A DNA stretch of 64,000 nucleotides from Ramazzottius varieornatus (Eukaryota; Animalia; Tardigrada): assembly GCA_001949185.1 (NCBI GenBank), contig BDGG01000001.1, positions 2,249,324-2,313,323 of the forward strand. Direction: 5' to 3'. A program made the position numbers and the translations under genes. The notes under the pieces were generated by a model. The model saw nothing but the letters and a program-made list of their open reading frames with translations, was not told the DNA's origin and ran no database searches. This document shows positions 40,658-54,317 of the stretch, piece by piece (positions within the stretch are counted from its first letter, which is position 1; each line of letters starts with the position of its first letter).

Positions 40658-41421
40658 ATGCCGCCAGCGGTGAAAGTTCGGAGGTTGCCGGATGAGAGCG
40701 ATCGCGCTATCCAGACTGTTACTGTGATCCCTCCTGTTCGCATCGCTAACCCGACACCTCTTCCACCTTTTAATCATGATATAGTGACTATAGTCCATAG
40801 CCCAACGGAATCCCATGTGGCAACTGATCCTGCATCGTCTAGTTCCGTTCCTCTCCCTTCTCCGGACATATCGCCTCCAGTAGAACATGCAGCAGCTGAG
40901 TATGTTGTCGCCATCAACAAGTCACCGTCTCCTGTTTCCCCTCCCTCCTTTAAGAATCCGACAGAGTCCGTCTGGATCCGGGGAGATCTTTATGGACCAC
41001 CGGACCCCGTCTCCAACCTCCCGCACATCAAGTTTACAGCAGTCCCGAATGAAACTTCGATGGAAAGACGGCTGCGGGAAGATCGACAGTCGGTTCACGA
41101 CTGGAACCACAAATTCTGGACATTACATAACACTCGATTCGCTGCAGTACGTTAAACTGTTTTGACTTCTGTCGTCAAACGGAATCGTAGCTTACACTCT
41201 ACCGCTTTATCTTGCAGGAGAAGGAAGCGTTTGTTTCGCGACTACCAGAAAAAAGACCAACCGCTGATGAACTGTCCGTCTTCTATAAAGAGTTCCTGAA
41301 CAAATATCACCGGTCACATGTAGAATATAACAAAGAGCTATATCGGAGGAATATAAGACTCCTGTGGCCGGAGCTAGCTGTTGCTGTTCATAAAATTTTT
41401 CGTAGAGTGATCCGTCGGTAG
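40658..41421 (+). CDS. COA8: Cytochrome c oxidase assembly factor 8 (APOPT1)
   Basis: GPPDPVSNL...NETSMERRLR...WNHKFWTLHN.RF|EKEAF...ADELSVFYKEFLNK..HVEYNKE.YRRN. One intron at about 41147-41217. Confidence 0.9.
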
Positions 41422-41692
41422 CAGAGGATGATTCGAATATATAATCTACATCTTAGTGAGAAACTTGTGCTGTGATAAAATTACCTCCCGTGTACTTAGC
41501 CTCCCTTTTTGTGTTATCCTCAGTTTGTTGAGCTCTGCGGCAGCTGCGTGAATCTGCGGTTTTTATGGCAACTAATGCTGTTTGTTCAAGATGATTGTTT
41601 GTTCGTTGTTTAGGTCTGAGAATCCAAAAACTGGAACTTGTCGGAGTGAATTTTGTCTGTTGTTCCTGATTGTTGGACAGCGCAAAAAAAGA

Positions 41693-43158
41693 ATGTCCGT
41701 CCCCACTTCCGCCGTAACAAGGAAACTTCCAGCAAAGACAGTTTCAAAACCCACTGCTACGACAGCCAAATTGCATATCATTGCTGTATCGAGTGACCAG
41801 AAGGCATCTCCGGCAAGCAAAGCAAAATACGCCGTGAAAATAAAACCTGGACCGACGAACCCAACCACTGTTGTAGCCAAAGAACCTCCTCGACCGAGCG
41901 ATTCCTCCGTCATCAAGTTTAACAGGCTTCTAAGAGAAAAAGTCGGCAAAGGGACTTCTGATCCTCAGTACAAGACTGCAACGTCCATGTCACTAGAATC
42001 ATGGCGAGTCTGGCCGGCACCAAGACGAACAGTGGTCGAACCCGTGCTTCCTCGTTGTCGAAGAGCTGTTTCTTACGACAGCTCGGCATCCAGCGACATC
42101 TCACTTAACGTTTCTGACGGAGACGAAAGTAATACTTCTGATAGTTCGAAAGAGAAATTTTACCGGTGGTTAGAGAAGAAAACCTTCGTGGTGCGACTGG
42201 ATCTGGAATTGTCTGCCAGAACCTGGAAGATTAACAAGTTAGTATTCAAAAGAATTCCGCCAGAAAAGACTACAGTAGGAGCATTCAAAAACGGGCTCGA
42301 ATTCACAGTCGGATTACCGCAGGATATTATAAACCTGAGATTTGCTGGAGAGGATATGCAAGACTTCGATACGCTGGAGAAATCTGTGATGAACGAAGGC
42401 CAGATTAATGTTGGGGTGTTTTCCATATGGAAAGACTTCGTTCGAACTCTCTTCACGGGAAACTTCAATAAGGTAGTGCTCTAGTTCGTAACACCTTTGT
42501 CTATGAAGTCTGAACATACGTGCTTCGAATTTCATAGATCGTCGAAGGAATTATATTGCAAGATCAGTACGCGAAGTCGGTTCACGCCGACGATTTCGAC
42601 GTAGTAATTTCTCGTGACGAACAAACAAGGAAGAAGGCTTCGGCGAACGAAGTAATGCGACAGCTTTCTAGCAATACCCTTCGAGAGAACGCCGAAAATC
42701 TAGAAAGAATAATTCCAGATAAACTTCCCAGATTGGGCATATACACTGTTGTGAAAGAGAAGAACCTGATCACGGAAGAGATGCGGCAACAGATGGTCGT
42801 TCAAAGACTGCACGTCGCCGTGCTGTTCGCTTTTGCGACGAAGCATAAAAGCCTTCTTGACTGGATATTCAACCATCCGGCCTTTGACAAGGACTACAGA
42901 TATGCTTCGGGAAGAAGACCCTTGTTCTACGCAGTTTTCCATCAGGACGTGCCGCATGTGGAGGAGCTCCTACATAGGGAAGTGGACTGGCAGACACCGG
43001 ATGATGGAGGCATGACGGTTCTCGAACTGGTCAAGCGCACTCATAATAAGGTCTTCAAGAAACTTTTCGCAGAACTCACTGCAGCGCTTCATGGAGGGGA
43101 CGCTAAGAAAAAGAAAGGAGAGTCGAAAAGCAAATCAGCAACCAGGAAGAGGAAGTAA
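41693..43158 (+). CDS. Ubiquitin-like plus ankyrin-repeat protein, ANKRD60-like
   Basis: Ubl-like TTVGAFKNGLEFTVGLPQDIINLRFAGEDMQDFDTL, then WKDFVRTLFTGN, QRLHVAV, and ankyrin repeats SGRRPLFYAV...DDGGMTVLELV. Intron at about 42472-42537. Basic C-terminal tail. Confidence 0.7.
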
Positions 43159-43524
43159 AGACTACTGGTACGAGTACTGTAAGATATTTAGAACTGTTAG
43201 ATCACTTCCGGTCTGATTTTTTGACTGAGCAATTTTTACCTCATTCGGTCACACTGCGCAAGGTTTTGACACAGTCATAGTACTGGACCGAAAGGCTTTC
43301 GATGAGACCACAGGCTCACAGCGCTGTATTAAGCGGAAGGTCCGAATCCACCCGACTAAGTTAGTGTAGAGTAGCACACAAACAACGTTACAAAATCACA
43401 CGATACCGTTAAGCGCGAACTGACATGAAGAATCACCCTTGCGAATGGACCTTGTTTAGGGAATCTACACAACAGTACTTGGGCTCGCTTCAGTTGGCTG
43501 TGCAGGTGTCAGATACGGTACGAC

Positions 43525-43777
43525 TCAAGCAAACAAGATACTTCCGATTGATATGGGAGGCATGCCGGGCTCTGTTCCAGCCTTGACACCTGCAACCAAA
43601 ACACTCTTTCCACATGGCCGCCGATTCAGAACGGGACGCAGATCCCTTACCTAAGTAGATTACAACAGGAATGAAGGTGTAGTGGAAAACTACGCCACAG
43701 ATGTTGAAGAATGTCGCAATATTTTCTTTGACCACTTGCATCCCGTCTGTCCCGTCCCTCCGCGCTTGCCGATCCAT
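43525..43777 (-). CDS. TOMM7: Mitochondrial import receptor subunit TOM7
   Basis: VVFHYTFIPVVIYL|GVKAGTEPGMPPISIGSILFA* matches the TOM7 FIP.VIYLG...PGMP motif. One short intron. Confidence 0.93.
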
Positions 43778-46110
43778 CTTCAGATAGCTGTTCCACGGGC
43801 GTATACCGCAGTGCACGTTCCGAACCTCCGACAGCACGATTTTTGAGCAGCAGACAACTCAAGTAACAGGTGGATACTTGATACCTTTGTGACGAACACT
43901 GGAAGAAGTAACGGAACTTCTGATCTGGGCCCAATCGGGGTATTGCGTGATCTGGCGTGATGCAGGAAACAACGAAATCGTTTGTTCCGATCGATCAACT
44001 TCCGGTTCAGTCAATGTAGCCTTATGTCGGGATTGTTTAACATGACACACTGTAAGTTTAAATGACATTGCCTTACCGTGCTGCGTACATAACATTCAAC
44101 AGGCTTACTCTTGTCACGCAAAGAATTTAAATTTTTTAATTTTTGTTGGCACTTCCGAAGACATTCCTGTTCAGCGAGGCCTGACTGGGATCGTTCGAGT
44201 CCTTACAAGCGGAAGAGTCGTGAAAGGAGGAGGCCTGAAAGGATCTTCAAGCAGGAGCGTTAAGCTTCTGATTTTTACCCGGTTTGAAAATCCGTAATTA
44301 AGAGATTCAATGTCGTAATGATGAGACATTCTTCTTGATACCGTTCCTTGGCTCTGTAGCCATCCGGTTCTCTGTGATAGATGCTCTAATCTTCTCTCTG
44401 AATATCCCTGACTGCAGTGCGTGTCGGACAGTCCAACGTTCACATTATTATCATTCTTTACAGTTTATACCTGGTCTCCTTCGTAGGTGATGTCTCGTAC
44501 GCCAGACAAGCAAGTGACAGCCGTCAGGCGCCTTGTACTTCCGCTGATCCGCACGGCGTCAAGATGAACAGAGAACTTCGAAGTTGGCTTGGAAGGGCCG
44601 TGGGTTACGTTCCTTCCCATGATCTGGAAGAAGTGTTCCAGTATTTGAGCTCGTCGATATACTGCGCATGCTTTGGTATTGATTTTTCGTTTTCCTCTGT
44701 ATAATTGCCTTGACAGTCATCCAACCGATAGTAACCTGGATTGCTACATTTCAGAGCCTGCACATATTGGTATGCCGAGATTTCACGGGAGTCTGCTAGC
44801 TTCCAGCGTCAAGTGGTGATTTCGCCTGACCTCCTTCTATGAACGGAGCTTCACAGATAACTACAATTACGGCGGATCTCGGTGGGCTTCGCGTACGCCG
44901 AACGTTTGGCAGTTCGCAAGAAACGCCAAAACGGCTGTAGTCGTGAAACGACGTCGGAAAAGCGGCTGCAGAATCGGAGTTATCTGGGCCGCATACGAGC
45001 TGCAACTTCGTTATGGTAAGCGTGCATCTTTGATCGACAAGGCCATCTACGTGCATACAGTCAACTCGTGGGATCTGTTTTCTTTTCCGGTGGTGCAGAG
45101 AATTAGCTTTCACGCGTCTCTTTGCCGAAGCACTCTGGGGTTCACGCCGATCTTCATGTTACTTTCATGTGACGCGACAGAAGAAGCTGCCCGTTAACGT
45201 TCGTGAATGCGTCTACCTCAACATCGAAGGACCCAGTACATTCACTGTTACAGGCGCATTGCGCAGCGGGTAGGCGTGAGCGGCACACTGTGGAGCAGAC
45301 AATGGTGGTTCACTTTGCAACTGGCAATGCACCGAGGTACAGTAAGAGAAGTTTTTGACTTTGGAGAGGGGCGCACTGTATAAACAGAGATGGAGAACTG
45401 CTGCAGAGGTCGACATCCATTGTTGTTCATTTTCATTGCTAACATGGGTGACGAACCTATTTCTGCTACACTGTAAGTGCAAGCCTGAAGTCGATGGAAC
45501 ACTTCAGCTTTTTTGGATAATGATCTGGGGGGTTTTCGCTCGGATAACTCATCCATTAGTTCTTTTCTTCGTTTCCATGCACAAGTGGGCTTTGGGTGCT
45601 TTTGCGTTACGAAACCTCTGCAAAATTACTGATATAGAGGACGATGGAAGTCTCCGCGCCGGAACTACGAGGATGGCACGGTAGTCCGATGTAAGCCCGA
45701 TCGAGGCACCGAAGGTTTTTGGGCTATACAAGCTCATGCACATCTAGTAGCAATCCATGGTCACTTCCATGAGAGTCTTTGATTTTGTAACCGATGGAGG
45801 CTAAGTTTTGACAATTAATACCGCTCAATTACTGCTTTTTGCCTTTTTGTACTAAACAGGAGGCGTAATGCGTCAACGCGTTTTCTGGAATTTACCTTGT
45901 CTCCAGTCTGTCGATATTGAATTTGGCTAAAAGGGAAAATGCTGCTGTCATTTCACAAGCTCAAGTAAAAAATGTTGCTATAGACAGATTCTCAGTTCGA
46001 TCAAGTGTTAAAAAACATGAAAAAATCAAACCGCAAAAGTGACCGGGTAAAACACCGAGTTGATGGACAAAGAAAGACCTTCAGCAAAGGAAAAAAGAGG
46101 GAAATACTGC

Positions 46111-49100
46111 CTAGAAAGACTCTTTGTGGAACTCAAAGTCGAATTCCGCACACCGAGTTCGCAAATCAGAAGCCAGGACCAGCGGACCACAATAAAACAC
46201 CGAGACCTTACCGCGCTTGCTTCGATCGATTGTCTCGAAAACCTGAAAGTACAAGATGATTGAATCAAAGCCAATGCGAGTGAATAGTGGGACACTCTGA
46301 CAGAAGAGTATCCTTACGCTTTGCCAGTTGGGTCGTCCGGGAATGGCCCGCGAGCGGATGCCGGTGATGATGTCCTTGTTGTGCTTCTCGTAGAAGATGT
46401 CCAGGGCCGTGGTCAGAGCGAAGGCATAGAGGTCCGCCATGCGAGTGGCCGCCGTAACGTATATCTGGATGTCAATCATTCGCTCTAGTTCGTTCTCCAG
46501 CGACTGGGCCAGGTCCAGTTGATCCAGAAGTTCCACGAACCACTCAATGCTGCTCTGATTGGGCACGACCCAGATGAAGTTGACCTGAAAAACCTAACAA
46601 GATTGAACCATCATGGAAATACTAAAGTTGAATAACACCATTAAAAGTTCACAGACTGCCGGTTCCTCTCTGGTTTCCATTCTGAATGAAGATGATGCCT
46701 TCGATGATATTCTGAATTATTTTCATAATTATTATTTCCTTATTATTTTGTTTCGATTTCCATGCGTCGCATATTTGGGAGGCCGACAAGCGAAATGTCC
46801 ATGATCGGCACTTCAAGAGGCGCACACCTCCAGCCAATAACAATGAGTACTTGCGCCACTTGGAAAATCAATCTTGTACATTTCGTTATCTGACCCCCCA
46901 CCTGAATAATATACTATACTTATACCTTCTTGAGATGGCTCGGCTGTCCGATGGCCAAATGAGGTGACCATTCGTGGGCGCATTCTGGACAGACGGCCTT
47001 GTCAGCTCGATGACGGTACATGATGCTTTGCAGGATGGAGGCGAAGGGTGTCACACCGATACCGGCGCAGATGAGGACGGCGTGCTCCGCGCTGAAGATC
47101 TTGCCGGAAGGTGTGCCGTAGGGACCGTCGACGTAGATGGGCACATGGAGAGCACGAACCGGCTGACCGCGGACCGACTGGCGCTTCTTGTAAAAGATCG
47201 ACTTCTTGAACTTGTTCGTGAAGGTTTCCAGCGGTATGGCAGTCTCGTTTCCTGCAGCCTTGACACCTCCACAGTTCTGCTCATGGTTCTTAAAGTAGGC
47301 GTGCAGGCGCTTGGTCCATTGGCCCAGACAACGGATGTGGACCGTCACAGCATCTGCGAAGGAAGAGCTCGTACAGTGAAAGAAATTTCCTACCGGAAGT
47401 CAGTTAACCCGGAAGTGGAAGTATTTTATCCTTTCTCGTACGAGAGAAAGCTTACCGCGGTTCTCGGGGCAGCTGCTGATGGTGAAGGGATGCCACTCGA
47501 ACCAGGCGATGTTGGGTATGTTGATGAAGATGTAGTCGCCGGGATTGTAGGTAAAAGCTGGTGGATGGTTCATGGTCAGCTGCGTAACCTGGACAGCGAA
47601 CCATATGACAGTTACGCGTACCAACCACTACCAAGGACGGTCAATACAGAAAAACAGCAGGAAACTATTAGAAGGTATGTCTGGAAACTTAAAAGCTTAC
47701 TCCGGACTGCCACAAGACGACATCCTTGATGAAGAACTCGCTGCCGAGGAGCTGACGAATGCACCGAGTCATGCTGATCTTCTCTAGAACGAAGACGGTC
47801 CCCGGGAAGACCAGAAACTTCCAGAACTTGTCGCTGTGGAGAATGAGGATGATCATGAAGGGGATGTACAGCAGATGGCTGAAGTAAAACACCTAGACGG
47901 AAACCGCTTTCATTTAACTGCGACAACAGCGATATAGGTTTGGTTTCGATTTCGGTTTGGAAGTACCTCGAAAAGGCCCGATCGACGCACAACAGCTAAC
48001 GAGCACGCGAAGATAGCGGCGTAGATGAAGACCAACGGCCAACCCAACACCGGTACGAAACCACCCTCGATCCAGCCAATGTCCGGCTTGGTGGTGAAGA
48101 GGAAGTCTGTGTAGGAGAAGTTGCCCACACCAACATCGGCCAGACATCCTGAAACCGAACAGCATAGGAAGCTGATAACCCAGTAGTACTACAATAGTTA
48201 TGGAGATGGAAGCTTACGGAAATGGATCATATGGAAGATCCAGTGACCCAACGCGCAAAACCCCACGACATAGCCGATCACTTTGTGGGCGAAGACAGCC
48301 ATGTCGATGGGAAGGTAGGGCCCGATCCTGGTTCCACGAATTAGCGTCAAGGTACGGCGGCACATGAAGATAATCAAGAGCATGCACTGGTAGTTGAGGT
48401 TTTTCCCAAAGCCCTTCGCAATGATAAAGAACGGAACACATTGCGGAACACTGATCTCATCTGCAAAAGAAAACAAGTGTTATGGCCCTGTATACACTTT
48501 GATGTTCACGTACCGTGTACGAGAGTATGCAGGTGACTGAATATGACACTGAAGCTTTACATCAGCCACCTACATACATCCATTACTTTAGTGCTCATAA
48601 GAGTTAGTATGTAGGTCCATAAAAGTATGCAGTTTATTTGTAGTCGAACTTACGGTTGACATAGGCCGCCCACAAAGTTCCCCACAAAAAGAAAAGGAAG
48701 AAGGACACAAAGTACGCGAAACTCCAGGCGAATTCCACCGGGTGATACTTCACGTAAGTTGGTGTCAAGAAGTAAGGCGGGCAAATTTGTCGCTTCTTGG
48801 GCTTTCGCTTGGCTTGTGGACCTTTCACTTCCGGTGGTTTGAAGAAACGTGAGGCACTAGAATAACAAAGCTTTTTTGTCAACATCGCAAACATACATAT
48901 TCAACCAGAAGAATAGAAGGACCATAAAGCAGAAAGACAAACTTACGATATTTGCAGTGTACTGACCCATGATGGCGACTGCTCCAGCATTAACTTCAGT
49001 TCGTCGAAACTGATAACGCCATCACCATTTGCATCCACCGTGTCGAACAGGGTCTTTGTCATGTACTCGATCTGCTGTGGACCGATAGCCAGAGCGTTGT

Positions 49101-50170
49101 CATCGATAGCAGAGGAAAGAATGGCGCTAAATTCTTTCTGATCAATACTTCCGCTCGCTAAGAAGAAGAAAACGAAGTAGCTGCGATATCGGGAATCCTA
49201 ACTAGGAAACAAGTAAAACTTCAAAAGGTTGTTTTTCCAATGATTGCGCCACTCTGGAAAAACAATCTGGTCGAATACCCAACTTATGTGAACAAACATT
49301 TTGATCTTCCCAAAATATCGTAGTTCTTTGCCGGCTCGTCAAGATACTTCCCCAATGAATTATTACTGCTTGGCGAGATCAAATGTGTAATTTTCTGAAT
49401 ACTGAGGGACTTACCGTCAGCGTCGTAGACGTCGAAGATGAACTTGAGTTTCTGGCAGACGCAGGCGTGAGTAAGGATGGACAGCTGTTTCAGGAGTTCG
49501 CCAACCGTGATGTAGCCCTTACTCTTTGTATCAAAAATGGCAAAAACTCGATCCAGGTAGTATTGCTACAAGAAGTAGAAAAAAGCGATGCCTAGGCGTG
49601 GATGAAACTAAAGTTAGTATAATACAATAGTACTCACATGCTCAGTTTCCAAAATCTTCTTCAAGGTGGCTTTGTCAATGTGGGCATCGTTGGCCATTCC
49701 TCCGGTACGGCTCTCCACCCACTTGAGCCATTTCTGATCTTCCTCCGTGCTGTAATTAAGTAAAAACTGGAGTAGTGAAGAGGGAGCGTTCGTCTGAACA
49801 ATCAAGGCAATCAGCCGGACATTGGTCAACAACTCTAAATCATCAGCAGTCGAGTTTTAAAGCTGTCGGTTTTCTTACTTTTGTGGTCGATGCTGATGCT
49901 GGTGATCGTGGCCATCTCCATGTGCAGATCCATTGGAAGACGGCTGGAGGGAAACAGCATCCGGTTGGTGCAACTTCCTCAGATGTTGATGCTTGGCCAG
50001 CTGACGTCCCGGAACAGCCAGGAAATCCACCGCTTCTGCCTGCTCCACGTCGGGCTCTGCCGGAGTGGCTTCTAAAAGTATCAACGTGGTTAGCTGCTCG
50101 GTTCAAACTCAGTTTTGTAGCAGTGATAATTACTCCATCTTTTGCTCAGACTTTTGACGATCCTGGACAT
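46111..50170 (-). CDS. NOX5: EF-hand calcium-dependent NADPH oxidase 5
   Basis: EF hands (DTKSKGYIT, DADGSGSID, DANGDGVIS), heme His pairs (FAHK..GH..H; FYFSHLLY..LILH), FEWHPFTISS, VDGPYG, AGIGVTPFASIL, GRPNW, FYCGP, FHKESF*. The start is approximate. Confidence 0.95.
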
Positions 50171-50252
50171 CTTCGAGGCAGAAGTGACGACGACGGTGGA
50201 TCGTGATAGCAAAACGAATAATCGACGTGGGCCTAGAAGAAAGACTCGTACT

Positions 50253-50293
50253 CATCCACACTGCTTCTTGGACATCCACATTGCTTCTTGGAC
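50253..50293. repeat. 20-bp tandem duplication upstream of NOX5
   Basis: catccacactgcttcttgga followed by catccacattgcttcttgga (one mismatch). Confidence 0.75.
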
Positions 50294-51443
50294 GAGCTCT
50301 ATACTAGAAGGCTGAACGATGTCCAAGAGAAACAGAAGATAACGGGAGACGGATTTTCCCCGAAGTGCGGCTTCCGTGAATTCAAACTACTAAAAGCCTT
50401 CCCTTTTGTTCGGAAGTTGTGTAACGTGACGTCATGCAAGGCCCGCCCCTCTTAAATCAACAGGTATCTCTAGTAGGTAATGTCATTTTGAGACTTCCTA
50501 CTGCTGAAACGGCAGTTTGATTGTCGCAGAGCATCCGGTTTCGATCCTCCGACCATGATTGGTTCTTTTAGGAGCTACCGGAGAAAAAATCAAGGAGCAA
50601 AATCTGTTGTGGACAACGCGGACCGCACTGAAGGGGAAACTTAGATCAGGTGGCGTTATGACTGCGATCGGTTTATGTCACATTTATATAACACTCTGGT
50701 TACCACCATGCTTGTTGTGAGCACAACACAACACTTTTTCTCTCCCCACAATTCCAACTCTGCCCGGTTTGGATCAAACTGTTTTCCTTTGCATGATCTG
50801 TGGTCTTATGATCGAAACGCAGCTGTTGGCCACTGGTCAGCATAACTCCGGCAACGCGGGAAAAAACCTACGAATTCCGGTAGTTTCGATGATATTTCAG
50901 GTTTTGACTTTTTACTCGATGTACAGATCAATCATCCGTTCAGAAAAAACCGAAACACTGAGGAGAGTTTCCTTTACCGAATCTAAGCCTGGGACGAATT
51001 TGGTTATTATCGGTGCGTCCAGAAAGAAATCAAAATGGCCTGGGCGACTTTCTCCAAGTTGGCCTTCACGGCCTGCAAATCTTCCACATTTCGAAATTCT
51101 GAGAATTCCCTATTGGCTGATTTGGGTCACGCCTTCCCTTTTTCACCAGTTAAAGTTCTGTGCTCACAACGAGCGCGCTGGTAATCTGCCGACACGAAAA
51201 GCTTGGTAATTTAATCAGAGTGATAACATCCATACGAGGCACACACAACGTACGGTAATAATAAACAAGAAAACTTCCGGGTATAATAGTTCGCTACGGA
51301 CTTTGCGTTGTACTTCATGACACAAGGTGAGTTTTTCAGATAGATCAACGATAAAGAGGACGTGCAAGGGGACAAGTCAGGTAAGATCGTCTAAATTATT
51401 CCCCTTGGAACTGGAGTGAAACAGCCATCGAACTTAGACCTGA

Positions 51444-52972
51444 TCAAGACTGATGAGTATATCTTTCACCCTGTCGGAGTGTTCTACTCCGTACATTCTT
51501 GGCACCGTTTCTGGGTCGCTCGTAAGCAGCGTTCTCCACGAAAGTCACTCTTGGCTGGACATCCATTTCGAGCGTGACGCTCTCCATCTTACCTTCGTTA
51601 GCCGGCGGCCAGTTGCTTCCGATGCACGATTGATACAGGATTGCTCCGAGCAAGGCTCCAAAGTGTGGTCCCACAACCGGTACCCAAAACCAGCTGTAGT
51701 TCCTGTGGCTGAACGGTGCGTCACCCCATCCGGCCAGCGCTACATTTATCCGAAAGGTGACGTTGCCCTATCTCGATCACCTCTGGTTATCGAATACCCG
51801 TCTTACCTGTGAAGATCCGCGGGGCGAGGTCGCGAGCCGGGTTGATTGGGTAGCCTATAATCCCAGAACATTTCCATTCAGGTAAGTCTGCGTAATCAGC
51901 AAGTCGAAGTCACCGAGACACAAGGCAAGTACAACCTGGCTTACCACAGTTATAGCCAAAGCTCATGCCGATCGCCATAACCAGGAGACCTATCACTATA
52001 GGTGCAGTTCCTTTTGGCGGAGCCAGATTGTATTCATCCAGCAAAGCGAGAAGAACTATCATCAGGAAGCACGTGACAAAAATCTGAAGATCAGCAAGAA
52101 GAGAGCCAACATTTCAGTGTACTTCTCTCGAGTACTACTTTGTGGCAACTCAAAATGGAGGAGCCAAAAGTGATTCTCGCCTGATCAACGAATCCATTTT
52201 GCCAGCTGATATGGGGCTGCGGATAAGACGCCCATATTCCTGCGGTGGCGTTAGGCAAAGCTGGATCTGTGATCCTCCGACCGCCGTCCAGATGAACGAG
52301 AGCATCGTAGTAGATGCCAAAGACCAACGCCGAGCCGCACAAGCATCCGAGATACTGAGCACCCAAGTACGCCGGAAGTCGGCGCCACTGTAGCTTCCCC
52401 AAACAACAAAAAGTGACGCTGATTGCCGGGTTAAGGTGCCCGCCTAAAACAAACCCACAAGTACGGTCCAAGAGAAAAACTCGATGTTCCTATCTGAACG
52501 ACGGACATGAAAAGTAGTAATAGTTGACAATTCTATAATAAAAAATTGGCTCAAGTTCTTTCTAGACACACTGCCACCTGAAATTCCGACGGAAAGGTAC
52601 ATCCCGAAAGCGACAGCGAGACCGTAGGCAATATTGATGCTGAAGAAGTTGTTTGCGGTTCCTGAGCTAAGGACCACTTCAGCGACAGCGCCATTTCCGA
52701 TCATCTAAAAATCACCGCAGCAAATGGTAATTCGATCGCTTTCAGCCGAAGTCACAGTCTGTTCAGCACGTTTTGATTCAATAAAATTCCAATATTCCGT
52801 TTTCTTGACGCCATCATGTCCTTCTCAATGGCCAGTAATGACTGCAAGTACTTACGATCAGAACAAATGTACCAAGAAATTCCGCCAAGGCCTGCCGCGC
52901 CAAAGTGTTCTCGACACGAGTCCATCGATCAACTTTGCCAAGAAGTCCTTCTTGCTCTCCCTCGTCCATCAT
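51444..52972 (-). CDS. Aquaglyceroporin (AQP3/7/9/10 family)
   Basis: [17 protein letters not shown]|[22 protein letters not shown]|[24 protein letters not shown]. Asp after the second NPA is the aquaglyceroporin signature. Confidence 0.95.
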
Positions 52973-54317
52973 CGACCACTAGTTTGCATACAGCTTTGCC
53001 CCACTACTTGATAAGTTTTTTCAATCCACGAAATAGTCTCCTGCCAACCGCAGCTGAATAAAGAATAGACGACTGTGGTTAGGAAGTCGTGTTTATCTTG
53101 CTGGCGACAGATAAGGACAAATGTGCCGTCGACAGGAACATAAAGGGATGATCGATGGGAAACTATAGCCCCTTCTGAAAACAGGAAGGTCTCAGGTCTG
53201 TCTTTCATTCGTCCTCTACATCTACTTTGTCCCATATGGATAACTTACACTTATCATTTCTATGCTTTTCAGTTCGGCCATCACTCGGAGTCCGACCTCC
53301 CGTAGCAAGCAGAGTAGGCTGGACGAATGGGCATGACAGGTAAATCGGACACCGCACATGCTAGGCTGCAGGACGTCATCGTGGTACTAACAAATAGATG
53401 TGTGGCTGACTCAAGCACCATGGCCGAACGGCTAACTTCGCTTCATAATACCCTGTACACTTCAAACCGAGAAGGTGTGAATATCTCGGGAGCTGACCGA
53501 CGCTTGTTAACCTTTCTAGTGGTCGCGTGTCCGTTAGGGGGTAGTTTATAAATTGCTATTGCACTCTTCGGTATGACGCTTTTGGTTAGCTCGAGTTCCA
53601 CCGCCACAATGGAAGCCAGTAAGCACTCCTGAATAACATATGAGCCCAGCACTCTCGTTGACGTGAGATGCTTCTGCATAAAATATTCCATCCACAAGAC
53701 CTGCTACAAGGCAAACAGAAAGACCGTTACGTATTCCGCGTTCGTTGGATAACGATTAGTGAGAGCAAACAGGAAGACCGGCCTTTGTGTCGCTTCTTTG
53801 TCCACGGAAGAATTTTTGATATGTGCACATGTTTTCCCACATTGACTATTTACGAGGCACTGCCTATTATTGATGCGCCGTGACGTCTGTATTTTGTTCC
53901 TAACTCTGTCAGGCCTTGTTTCGCGGTGGAAAGCACATTGAAAAGTTGCTCGAGCGTCTTCCGAAAGGAACGGGAGACGACAGACAAAGCTCACGGAGCG
54001 GTCGGGCACCTGAATACAACGACCTAGCGGAGATACTGAACCAGTGTATGTGCAGGCCGATGACGGTTTGTCAAGTATGCTCGCCCTTGCCTCATTAACT
54101 CTTTTCGGTCCAAATCTAGAAACCAGAGTAAGGTTTCAAACGCACTTTACAAATCCGGTTCACGCGCAAGTCACTTTGAAAAGCGTCAGAGGTACATCAA
54201 CATTGAAAATTCAAAGACAACAAGAAACGAAGGCAGATGGGGAAGAGAAAAGGGGCTCTCTGCTGAGAGGGACTTTGCTGTTTATCCAAGAGCTCAACAG
54301 TTGACCGATTTGCTTTG

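Noticed and set aside
43090-43158. GGDAKKKKGESKSKSATRKRK tail resembling the tardigrade Dsup C-terminus
   Set aside because: It is a generic basic NLS-like tail on an ankyrin protein, with no other Dsup-like sequence.
44171-45743. Short ORFs between TOM7 and NOX5
   Set aside because: Stops occur in all frames across the candidate exons, and no homology is recognised.
46974-47729. 251-aa plus-strand ORF
   Set aside because: It is the antisense shadow of GC-rich NOX5 exons, and no family is recognisable.
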